DNA from: Malacoraja senta | Lineage: Eukaryota | Reading direction: 5' to 3' | Assembly: GCA_038087875.1 (NCBI GenBank) | Contig: CM075998.1 | Coordinates: forward strand, 1,056,001-1,116,000 | Length of the DNA stretch: 60,000 nt | Shown here: positions 1 through 10,400 of the stretch, piece after piece | How the letters are laid out: every line of letters begins with the position of its first letter | Numbering within the stretch: position 1 is the first letter of the stretch | Notes under the pieces: model-generated | What the model was told of the DNA's origin: nothing | Database searches by the model: none | Seen by the model: only the letters and a program-made list of their open reading frames with translations | Position numbers and translations under genes: made by a program

Positions 1-376
1 GTGTTTGGAGCTAAGTTTCTTGCGCAGAAGCTTAGTTTTTAGTTTAGTTTTGGACGAGCATGGGGAAGGTTTACCCTTTGACCATGCGAAGTGTAACGGA
101 GACACGAGGAGTTTTCTAACGTTTAATGCAATAAGCTGGAGTTTGATGAAGATTACAGTGTACGAGTCGGAAGATGTTTGGATGTACCTTATTGTTTTTC
201 ATCAACAATAAAGAATTTATTAATCAAAAGACTGTGTTTTGAAGATTTATCTGTTAAGAAGCTCTGAAGGTCCCCGATGGAGAGTTTGCATGTGTACAAA
301 GACATTCCCCTTAACCATGTAGTCCATTTAGCAGCTAGAGGGAGTAATCTCTTGAACGATATAATCTGCTGCTACA
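1..376 (+). mobile_element. Possible 3' part of an LTR (R/U5-like)
   Basis: AATAAA at ~208 followed by a segment ending ...GCTGCTACA (CA terminus). The partner end is not visible. Weak inference. Confidence 0.25.
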
Positions 377-1470
377 ACTACACCAGAATAATTAGATAAT
401 CCCATTTTTGCAATTGGAAACCGTAGTTTAATGCATCACACCGATTACATTAAGGTTAAGTATTATTGTACAGCTGCTGCTCTTTTTGGTCTTTTATCAG
501 ATCACTTCTAAATCAAAAATAATTACACGTAAATTATTTAGCAGTGTGATTTTCATGAAATTTGGTTTGAAGTACGATTTGGTACAGGTGTTTCATTGTG
601 AAATGGGGAAAACTGGTGCCAAGGGGCACAATATAAGTTTGCTCATTTATTTGAAACTCATTAAGTTAACCATTCAAAAGGTGAAGTAATACACGAGTTT
701 CAAAGGCAAAAAGCAGATAGAAGAGGCAGGAGTAAGCATTATTTTCCAATGTTAAATAATTTTTTAAAAAGGGCTTTGACAGGGTGACATATAATGACAT
801 ATCTCAAATGGGGTTGTCACAAAACGTTTCGAATCCTCTGTTCTAAATTATTGGCAATGTAGGCAGTCTGTCTCTGCAGAGAGGGGTACAGAGAGAGGCA
901 AGTGAGGCTAATATTCAGTAGGGTATGAGTGAGGCAGGGGGAGTTGTAGCGGAAAAGATACAATTTATTGTACCCCACGTGCAAACTGCATTTACTTGGT
1001 TATTTAACGAACTAGAACTTTATCCTCTTATGATATGCTGAGAAATTCAAAGATGTGTTAATTTTTCAGTGTTATGCAATTGAATATGAAAAATGACAAC
1101 ATGTTTCATTGTCATTCTAGAAATGTCCCTTATGGGCCTCAGATGTACTTGGACCCTGATGTGACTTCTGTGTCACTTCCAGTACATTTCCTCTGAAGCA
1201 TTGCAGGGGAGGTTCGACCACATTGTCCTGAAAGCGGCCGACAATCTTTGTGTGCTGCCGTGACAGCTTGATATTCGCCAGTGCATCACCTGACTGAGCC
1301 AACAGCTAAGTTAGTCAATAACTCAACCTTAAATGATTTATCCAACAACCACTCTTCAATGTGCCTAACCAGCACATCCAAAGCTCAAGCCCCTTATTTG
1401 CTATCTCAACAATCATCCCTGCACCCCCAGTTCTCCCTATTGGAACTAGATCCTTAGTCTCTGGCTTATT

Positions 1471-1530
1471 AGTCTTATAAGACTTATTAGTCTTTATGCA
1501 AGTCTTATAAGACTTATTAGTCTTTATGCA
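1471..1530. repeat. 30-bp tandem duplication containing a palindrome
   Basis: AGTCTTATAAGACTTATTAGTCTTTATGCA x2; each unit begins with the palindrome AGTCTTATAAGACT. Confidence 0.9.
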
Positions 1531-2144
1531 AGGTACAAATTTCGTCCAGGACTTGACAGATGCGCCATTCAATCCAGTGAGCCTTTCTTTGTTTTGCTAA
1601 CTTCCTCTTTCACAAGAACATTCTATCTTATGTAGGGAGACTGGGCCTAGAGGGAATATTCCAGTGGTGGTCTCACTAGGGTCCTAAATATGGCTTCTGT
1701 CTTCCAAAAAAGGCTGACATATCATTTTCCATTATAGCTGCTTGCTGAACCTGCACATTTAACTGTGATTTGTGTACTAGGCAGCTGAGCTCCCTTTCAA
1801 TCTCACCATTTACAAAATATTTGACCTTTCCATTTTTTCCACCACGGTGGATGATCTCACTTTTATCCACAATATATTCTATCTGCCACTTCTTGTACCA
1901 TTCACGTTTTCACACCAGGGATGGAGAGTGAGGACAGGAGCAGCAGACACCCATGGAAGACATGCAGGGCTCTGATGAGGCAGATCCTGGTCTGTCATCA
2001 GCAAAAGTTCACCAGAATGATTTTTGGAAGGACATGATAGTTGTATGATAAGACGGTTGGGTTAGTTAGATCTGTATTCACTGGAGTTAGAAGAATGAGA
2101 GATCTAATTTAAATGTACAAATGTAATTTAGTTTAAGAAGATCA

Positions 2145-2277
2145 ACACAAAATGCTGGAGTAACTCAGTGGGACAGGCAGCATCTCTGGAGAGAAGGAAT
2201 GGGTCGGGTCGAGACCCTTCGGACTGGAGAGCATTCTTCAGTCTGAAGAAGGGTCTCCACCACGAAACGTACCAGTC
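2145..2277. mobile_element. Penelope-derived terminal repeat fragment with hammerhead-like core
   Basis: ACACAAAATGCTGGAGTAACTCAG..GGCAGCATCTCTGGAGAGAAGGAATGG motif shared with the Penelope end at 48350; CTGAAGA (2243)...GAAAC (2264). Confidence 0.7.
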
Positions 2278-2489
2278 AAAGTCGCTGTTTCAAAATATGT
2301 TTCAGAAAAGGTGGGTTCCTGAACACAAAGAGTGTCAAATGCTACAGGGGAGAAAGAGGGAACATGATCAGATGGAGGATCCGCCATGATCGAACGAAAT
2401 GGCAGGATGTGCTTGAAGGGCCGAACGGCCGGCTTGTTTTCAAAAGTCAAAAACTGCACACGTTGTAAACGCTTAACAGGTCTGGCAGC

Positions 2490-2930
2490 GAGAGAAAGAG
2501 TTAACAGTTGAGATCCGAGCACTTGCTCGGGGTCCAGTATCTGGCGACCGGGTCCCAGAAACTCCCGCCCGCAGCAGAGCCGCTGCCGCTTCCGCTTCCG
2601 CTTCCGGCGGAGCGACCCTTTCACCCGGTCCCTCCTGCTCTCCGCTCCCCCGCTCGTGTCGCTGCTCCACCCGGTAATTGAACCGCGGAACACGGCGTTT
2701 GGGAGGGAGTCGGTGGTTCACGGCAAATATACTAGAGCAAGATTGACTGTAAGTTGCCGCTCAGCTCCGGACTCTGATTTGTCCCACAGGCCCCCGGCAG
2801 GTTAGTGGTTATCGTCGCCCTGTTGTCCTTGGACCTGACGCCGCGGATCAGCCTCGGGACCCGCCGCCCACTTCACGGCCTCCACTGAAAACGCGGCGGC
2901 GGGTCCCGAGGGAGGGAGGGAGGGAGGGGA
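2490..2930 (+). promoter_or_regulatory. COX14: CpG island promoter / non-coding first exon region of COX14
   Basis: Very CpG-dense; tandem ETS/GABP-type CTTCCG motifs at 2586-2607; candidate donors CT|GTAAGT (2749) and CAG|GTTAGT (2801). Human COX14 also has a non-coding first exon. Confidence 0.7.
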
Positions 2931-3010
2931 TGCAGTTGGTGGCAATGTGTGAGTTATTGTCCTTTCAGTTTATTTAAACTACATCACGAAGGATGAGGGG
3001 GGGGGGGGGG

Positions 3011-4248
3011 GTCTTATAGAAACATATAAAACTATAAAAGGACTGGACAAGCTAGATGCAGGAAAATGTTCCCAATGTTGGGCGAGTCCAGAACCAGGGG
3101 CCACAGTCTTAGAATAAAGGGGAGGTCATTTAAGACTGAGGTGAGAAAAAACTTTTTCACCCAGAGAGTTGTGAATCTGTGGAATAGGGGGGTTGAGCCG
3201 CTCAATCCATCTGGAGGACATCCGTAACTTCCGGTATATGTTATTAATGCAAGAAACGCGTACTTTCCTACCTGTTAAAAACCGCCAAAATGTTGAATTT
3301 TTGTGCTGTAAAAGATTGTGGAAGTCGGGGTAGGTGTGAGAGACATGGACCCAACTTTAGAATTCCAAAAGTGAAGCGAAATGAAGGTAAAGAGAAGCGA
3401 GAGCTGAAGGGACAACAACAGCTAAAGTGCTTGGCGAACATTGGCCGTGCAGATATCGGAATTGAAAATATTGGGAATTATCGCGTTTGCTCACTGCATT
3501 TCATCAACAGTAAGGCATTATTTGTGTTTTTTCTTGATTCCTTTGGTATCTAAAAAGTATCAGAAGTGATAAATCTGGCTGTAAAATTTTGCTTCAAGAG
3601 TTTTCTTTTTGTATGTAAAAACCCACTTGAGAACCATGGGCGATTTAAAAATTTTACAGCCAGATTTATCACTTCTGAAACTTTTTAGATGCCAAAGGAA
3701 TCAAGAAAAAACACAAATAATGCCTTAGTTGATGAAATGCAGTGAGCAAACGGCCAATGTTCGCCAAACACTTTGGCTGTTGTTGTCCCTTCAGCTCTCA
3801 CTTCTATCTACCGTCATTTCTCCTCATTTTTGGAATTCTGAAGTAGGTTAAATGTCTCTCACGCTTATCCCGATGTCCATAATTATTTACAGTGCAAAAA
3901 TTGACCATTTCGGCGGGTTTTAACGGGCCCGCTACGTTGGAAACGATGGTAAGTGCTTACCTGTAGTTCATCGCGTGTACTCCACTTGGCGTAGCGTAGC
4001 AACAGTACGGGTCATGGGTCGTGACCCGACTGCCGTGAAACCTCCCTATTCCCTGCCACAGAGGGCAGTGGAGGCCAAATCACTGGATGGATTTAAGAGA
4101 GAGTTAGATAGAGCTCCAGGGGCTAGTGGAGTCAAGAGATATGGGGAGAAGGCAGGCACGGGTTATTGATTGGGGATGATCACAATGAATGGTGGTGCTG
4201 GCTCGAAGGGCCGAATGGCCTCCTGCGCCTATTTTCTATGTTTCTATG
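3011..4248 (+). mobile_element. CR1 LINE 3' fragment, split by a DNA-transposon insertion at 3186-4047
   Basis: LIETYK...RTRGHSLRIKG...FFTQRVVNLWN|SLPQRAVEAKSLDGFKRELD coding remnant plus (TTTCTATG)n tail; very similar to the uninterrupted copy at 59470-60000. Confidence 0.9.
3186..4047. mobile_element. ISL2EU-like (PIF/Harbinger-related) non-autonomous fold-back DNA transposon with THAP-domain remnant
   Basis: AT target duplication (3184-85 / 4048-49) restores the host CR1 GGAATTCCC; termini AGGGGGGTT...AACCTCCCT; ORF 3290-3553 FCAVKDC...FRIPK...RVCSLHF is THAP-like; long internal inverted repeat. Confidence 0.75.
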
Positions 4249-4462
4249 ACCCGTAATGTCACCAGATAACACTGCTGTCCGCAGGTTGAGGTCAGGGGAT
4301 GGTTCTAGTTTACGGCAGGTGCTAGAGCTGCAGGGGGTTATAGTGCCTTAATTCTAATCCTGTTAGTTTGCTTTTAAGGTTTGAACAGAGAGGAAAACCA
4401 TTCCCTGCGCTCAAAGAGGATTTACATCGCAAAGGTACATTTAAAACTCTTATTAAGTTCAT

Positions 4463-4710
4463 GTCATAAAAGCAGAATTATGCCATTCGGCCCATCAAAT
4501 CTACTCCACCATTCAATCATGCTTGATCTATCCTTCCCTCTCAAACCCATTCTCCTGCCTTCTCCACATAACCATAACATTCTCCCCACACCCGTACTAA
4601 TCAAGAATCTGTCCGCCTTAAAAATACCCAATGACTTGACTTCCACAGTAGGCTGTAGCAACGAATTCCACAGATTCGCCACCTTCTGACTAATGAAATT
4701 CCTCACCTTC
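4463..4710 (-). mobile_element. CR1 LINE 3' end
   Basis: Minus-strand RNFISQKVANLWNSLLQPTVEVKSLGIFKAD remnant and CR1-type 3' UTR. Confidence 0.8.
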
Positions 4711-4849
4711 TTTTAAAACCCTGTTTGCGTGTTGCAGTTATTGTATTAAATAATATTGAAATTTAGATGGTAAGAATAGCCCATGACTACAAATGCTTTG
4801 GAAAAAGGATATGACAATCTCATTAAAAAAGTTTGGAAGCCACTGTTAT

Positions 4850-5290
4850 AAGAGTTGTACAACACAGAAACTGGCCCTTCAGCCTACCATGACCACACTG
4901 ACCTTTTTACCACTAATCTATTTGCCTGCATTAGATTCATATTCTTCTATGCCTTGCCTGTTTAACTGTCTGTCTAAAATGTCTGTAATTGTATCAGACT
5001 CCACCTCCTTTGGCAGGTATCAACCACACGCTGTGTGGGGGAAAAAAGCTCCCCTTGGATTCGCTTTAAAACTCCTTCCTCTCATCTTAAACCTATGCCT
5101 ACTTGATATTTGATTCCCCTATTATGGGAAAAAGATTCTGACGATCCACCCTATCAATGCCTCTTATAATTTTATATATCACTATTAGGTCACTCTTCAG
5201 CCTTCTTCACCCCAGGGGAAAACAAGCTCAGCCTATCTACTCTCTCACCATAAAGTCCTCCTATCAAGGCTGGTAAATCTCCCAGGCCAC
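4850..5290 (-). mobile_element. Degraded CR1 LINE 3' fragment
   Basis: Similar to other CR1 tails (e.g. CTCATCTTAAACCTATGCC, TTTATATATCACTATTAGGTCACTCTTCAGCC). Confidence 0.65.
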
Positions 5291-5593
5291 TCTTATTGGT
5301 CTTAGTACCATAGTAACTGATCAGATGATGTGGCTGTGATCATGTCCGTGGTTGGAATCTAATTGAGAGCATTCTTTCGGATAGGATTTACTCATATTTG
5401 GAGAATGGGCTAATTAGGGACAGTCAACATGGCTTTGTCCACAGCAGGTCATGCCTTATCAATTAGATTATTTTTTTGAGGTTACCGATGAGGGTAGGGC
5501 GTGGATGTTGTCCACATGGACTTTAATAAGGCTTTTGATAAAGTCCCTCTTGGTAGGCCGATCCAGAAGATTAAGATGCATGTGATCCAGGGT

Positions 5594-5779
5594 CTTTTTG
5601 TGTCCATCTTGTTACAAATGTTGACCTCGCTGTCATTGTCCGTCCTGAAAAGGACACAAGCTTCCAGCGACAATCAGTGGAAGCTATCACTTGTCGCAAT
5701 AGATGATGGTGGTAGCAGAAATAGCTCAGGATACTTCCAGTTTCCAGCCCCGCGACGTGGACGCTTCTGCTGTGGGGCC
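5594..5779 (-). mobile_element. 186-bp non-coding, ribozyme-headed retro-insertion (SINE-like)
   Basis: Flanked by a perfect 12-bp direct repeat GTGATCCAGGGT (5582-5593, 5780-5791); minus-strand 3' end ...GGACACAAAAAG; 5' end is an HDV-like ribozyme. Confidence 0.8.
5714..5779 (-). ncRNA. HDV-like (CPEB3-like) self-cleaving ribozyme
   Basis: Minus strand: GGCCCC(P1) AC AGCAGAA(P2) GCG(P3) UCCACGU(L3) CGC(P3') GGGGCU(P1') GG(P1.1) AAACUGGAAGUAUCCUGAG(P4 region) CUAU(J4/2, catalytic C at 5724) UUCUGCU(P2'). G1-U wobble and U20/G25 equivalents are present. Confidence 0.8.
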
Positions 5780-6461
5780 GTGATCCAGGGTGATTTGGTT
5801 ATTTAGATTCACAACTGGCTTACTCACAGAAGACAGGGGGTTGTGGTGGAAGGGTGTTATTCAGGCTGGAGGTCTAAGGCTATTTGCAGCCACAGGGATC
5901 TGTGCTGTGACCTCTGTTTGTGATAGTATATGACTTTGATGCAAGGATAGATGACACAATAATTGGTGGAGTTACAGACAGTAAGGAAGGATGTCAAAAG
6001 TATACAGCTGGATATAGAACAACCATAAAGATGGCAGAGAAGAGGTTGATGGAGTTTAATCTGAGCATGCGCGAGTTGTTGCACTATGGAAGGTCGAATG
6101 TAACAGGAAGGTATGGCAAGACCCTCAACAACAGTGATGGATAGAGGGATTTTGGGGTTCGAGTTCATAGCTGCCTCCAAACTTTTTTACCAGGGTTGAA
6201 ATGCCAAAGATGAGAGGGCATTTATTTAAGGTGAGAGGAACAAAGTTTCAATGAAATGTGTGGGGCAAGTTTTCTTATAAACATAGAAGGTAGTGGGTGC
6301 CTGGAACCAGGGGTGGAAATCGCTATCAAGACACAATTTCGTAGCGCCGCGCGCGTGAGGCTTTAGCCGTGAAGCCCTGCGGACAGTAACATCGGGAGCT
6401 GACCTGGTTGGTGACCGACTCCGAACTCCAGAAACAGCAGCTTTGTCCGCCCCGAATCGTG

Positions 6462-6597
6462 GGGCTTTAATCGGCCCGTTCGCAGGGCCTTTCATCGCCC
6501 GGCGGGGGATTCAACATCGGGAGCCTCGTTCGCCTCAACGCAGCAATTTGACTGCGCCGGGCGATGAAAAGCCCCGCGAACGGGCCGATTCAAGCTC
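6462..6597. repeat. CpG-rich inverted repeat (43-bp arms, ~50-nt spacer)
   Basis: GGGCTTTAATCGGCCCGTTCGCAGGGCCTTTCATCGCCCGGCG (6462-6504) is the near-perfect reverse complement of 6555-6597. Confidence 0.85.
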
Positions 6598-6766
6598 TGC
6601 GGCAGATTCTTGGAAGGGCTTTGCATCAAACAGTAGCTCTTGCCCACCAAAAAACATCGCCCCTCCTTACTCAGGAAATGGCATGAACCAGTCATTGGGC
6701 AAGCGTTTGCTTTGGCTCTTTTCCTCATTAACTAAAGCTTGGTGTATGCATTTCAGATCTGTCACC

Positions 6767-6943
6767 ATGGTGTCCTCTAAGAAACTAGCAGACATAGGTT
6801 ACAGGATGGTTTCTGGCTCAATGATATTACTGACGGTGTACGGTGGTTATCTGTGCAGTGCCCGTGCCTACCGCTACTTCCAGAGACAAAAGACCTTGAA
6901 GGCAGCAGCTAAAGATCAAGCCAGTGAAATAATCAAGGACTAA
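6767..6943 (+). CDS. COX14: Cytochrome c oxidase assembly protein COX14 (58 aa, single coding exon)
   Basis: [39 protein letters not shown] matches human COX14 ([21 protein letters not shown]); Kozak CACCATGG; acceptor TTTCAG at 6751-6756; adjacent to CERS5 as in human. Confidence 0.95.
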   Translation: MVSSKKLADIGYRMVSGSMILLTVYGGYLCSARAYRYFQRQKTLKAAAKDQASEIIKD

Positions 6944-7232
6944 AATCTGCTCCTGTTTGGGGAACAAAGCTCCCCGCTTTGCAGCATGTGAAAAAAGAAT
7001 ATTTCATATTGTATATCCAATTCTAAAATTTTGTGCATTAGCTTTAAAATCTACTCATAAAATGTTTAAATAATTATTTGATATGATTTGTTTTGAGCTT
7101 TGTGTATAATAATTTTTTTTTATCAGTTTTGTTTTAAAAGTTGAGTGATTCCTCCTTCCTCAGGAGAAGTGATTAACGTTTGGGTCAATGACTTTTACCA
7201 CTTCTCGTGAAAAGAGTATATTGTCGAGTGTA

Positions 7233-7255
7233 GATGATGATGATGATGATGATGA
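7233..7255. repeat. (GAT)n microsatellite
   Basis: GATGATGATGATGATGATGATGA seen directly. Confidence 0.9.
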
Positions 7256-7454
7256 CGAGACATTGTTGGACTCTGATCTTATAGGTGTGGGGTAGATATG
7301 GGGGGGTGGGCAAGGGGAGGGTAATGCAGTGAGTGGGTGAGTTGGGGAATAGTTAGGTTGGGCCAAGGGCAAGTTGGGAGGGGTAAGGGAGATTTGAGGG
7401 ATGGGGATGCTGTGCTGCTGGTGGGAGCAGAAATTAAAAATGAAAGATTCCATT

Positions 7455-10400
7455 TAAAATATTGAATGACATTTTTATTGCAATGTGTCCAGTAAAAAAA
7501 CATTGAATTAACAAGAACTACCTCCACCAACACATCCACAGCTTGTCATCTAGCAAACCACGAGTCTGTATTGACAATCATTTTGATGCATTGATTCAAA
7601 ATGCAAGGCAATTTCGGTACTTTAATTAACAAAGTTGTCCTCCACTCTCCCCCCCACCCCTCCCCAAATCACTCTCGTTGCTAAAGCCACGCTGATCTAG
7701 TCACTGGGGCGTTTGGCTCAGGAAGCAGGGTAGAGCCAAATAAATTCTCAATCTTCCATCGTGTGGCAGCCTCGCCGAGGCCGATCAATAACTCGGTTTC
7801 ATCCGCAATGCAGGATTGGGCTGAATCAAGCACATCAAAGCTGCAAAGTAACGTTCTATAGCAAGATTAACAGTTCAACACAAGAACAAACCAAATCAGG
7901 CAGTATTCCAGATTCAACACAACAGGCCTGGTAGACACAAGCCGGCTTTTGCCTCTGTCAGTAACCGTAACACCACAAGGGAATATCCAGAGTGTAACAA
8001 AAACTAGCAACGTCCCCAACCCACGCAGACCTGCATGGTTTAGCGGGTAGTGCTGCTTACTCAGCAACCCTGCAGCCTCCAGCTTTTGCTGGGTGGCACT
8101 TGTACAATTCACATACTTCACACAGGAGCTTGCAGTGTGATGCCTGGTATTCTTTTTCTGTCAGGTTTTGTGCTCCCACATTGTTGATGAACTCTGGGCT
8201 CTTCCCGTTTTCTGCACTTTAGATACACATCAGGGGAAAATCGGTCACCAACTGAGCCAGTGGCTCTAGTAAATTATAAAAAATAAAAAATAAAATAAGC
8301 TCATTCTATTGATTTTTATCCAATCAATGACAAAAAAACACAGGCACTGCAGCTTGGCAGGGTCCAAACCAGAGTGTCAGAGGTGGTGGCAATCCTAGGG
8401 CTAAAAAAAAAAATCAAGGATAACATAATTGCTGTAAAGATATGCAGTGCCAAACCAGTTATCTACCAAGAAACAGCAGTCAACATAGTACAAGCAATCA
8501 ATAACAAGATAAATCTTACACATCACATACTTTAAGTTCAGTTACAGCATGACTGGTCCAGTAGAGTATTACAAAAATTAACAAGCAATCCATTCTAGGG
8601 AATGATATCAACTGCGTTTAATAAAGTAAGCATTGCCACACAGTCACCTTATCCAAAACGAGGTCCAGTTTGCAATTTTAAACTTACTGTATTCCAGTAA
8701 TCTCCAGCTCAGTCAGAGGATCCATCAGTCCTAACCATCCCAACTAGCATCATGTCAATGTAATCTAGAAACATCCACTTCATTTACAACAATATGGGTG
8801 TCAGACATTTGAATCCGTTTCTGTGCAGACACAGGGTGGCACTATAAAAGTCAGAACTAAAAAAGTGACTGGATAGAATTTCTGGAGCAATGACCACTGT
8901 GTGATACAATATTCCATCACCCCATAAACAAAAGAGAAACAATGAGGAGCCCCAGCCTGGCTGAGCTAACCAGTGGAGGAAGACATTGGTATCAACTAGC
9001 ACAAAATAGCTAAAATGAACATATTTCAACCGTACAATCACGGCAGTTACAAGTGTCGTGCTCAAAGAGGAGCGAAGAAACACTAATTCAGTATCCTGTA
9101 AAATGTCAAACTGTTCTCATTACTTAATCAACATCAATCTGCTTTAGTCACAAAACTCATTATACTTGCACTGGTGAGGTGTGCATTGTGGAAATAAAAG
9201 CATTTTGTTTTCCTCCCAAATAACAGTTCCCATGGAGCTATAGCTCCCATTTGCCTTCCTTCCTTCCTCTGGTTGTGTCTAGTCGGGGACCAGCCAGCCC
9301 ACCAGCCCCATAATGTGCCTGATGGATCATGCTCAAGAGCACAGCAGTGGAGTGGCCAGAGCAGAGACAGAAGACAGCCTCAGAATGGAGCAGGGACAAA
9401 TCATCTTACTGGGGCTGCTGTGCACAAAAAATGGCAAATCAAGACCACATCTGTATGGGTGCAAGTATGACCTCAGACAAGATAATACAACATAGTATCA
9501 GAGGGAGTACTTTACACCAATTTCACAGGTCATGCTACCCACAACAATGTTCCCTCTTAAAGATCCAATATGGCAACCTGCTTGAACCCGATTCTTCCAG
9601 ACTCAGTGGCAAATTTGACCTGATCCAAAGCGGGCAATGTCATCTTCACCAGGTTACAATGTAGAATGCTCACAAACTTATTACAGAATTCGAATATCTT
9701 CAATTTCCTCCCATCTCTCCATTAAGTAGTCCATGAACTGGCCAGCAGTCTCACTTAATCAACAGTTCTAAGATAAACCAGAGTTTAGGATTTCCACACA
9801 ATTACCAGAGCAAGATGCTATGGGCACAGCACACAGCTTCCTCCATAAATCCAAAAGGGAAGGGCAATTGCAGAAGAGTAATTTTTTTTTTTAATCCCAT
9901 TCATTTTATACCCTGCAATGAAGTTTTTTTTTAAATTTTATTTTTAAATCAGTGTTATTTGTGATTGTGATTGCTAAGATACCAAACAAAACAAAAGCAA
10001 TCCTGTAGTTTATAAAAGGTGGATTATACAGTGGACTTTAAACAGTCCTGTCCTGAAGACACTAATTATTAAAGTTCTGCCTCAGCAAGATAGGCCGGCG
10101 GACAGTTCAGCTTCTGGCCAAGGGCTACATGGTTTTAAGGCATCTCTCACAATCCTTTGGATGTTGATCAGCGAGAATAAAACCACTTTGAAAGGATTTT
10201 GGGCAGATTCCAGCAATTGTTTGCAGGTCAAATTGCACTGAACTTACTGTGTTTTTTTTTGCTACAGATAAAGAGTCCAAACTGACACCTTTATGGTCAT
10301 TCCACATTAGGGTTCTTGCTAGAGTTCAAACTGCAGAAAGCAACACAAATCAGTTCACATCCTAATCGGACAGAACTTGGGCTGGCTGGTTAGAAATACA

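Larger units (their letters stand above)
5370..6310 (+). mobile_element. Degraded CR1 RT fragment (host of the 5594-5779 insertion)
   Basis: SQHGF...VDVVHMDFNKAFDKVP...KMHVIQG|DLVI...DDTIIGG...MEFN remnants; the frame is continuous once the insert and one TSD copy are removed. Confidence 0.85.

Noticed and set aside
2238..2693. 151-aa minus ORF with an NLS-like RRKRKRKRQR
   Set aside because: Artefact of the GC-rich promoter and its CCGCTT repeats; it ends in a Penelope repeat.
3290..3553. Host THAP gene
   Set aside because: It lies inside a TSD-bounded transposon within a CR1 fragment, and the conserved THAP Trp appears to be lost.
6443..6766. 166-aa ORF extending COX14 upstream
   Set aside because: Non-ATG start; runs through repeat-derived intron sequence and a clear acceptor at 6756. 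COX14 homology begins at ATG 6767.
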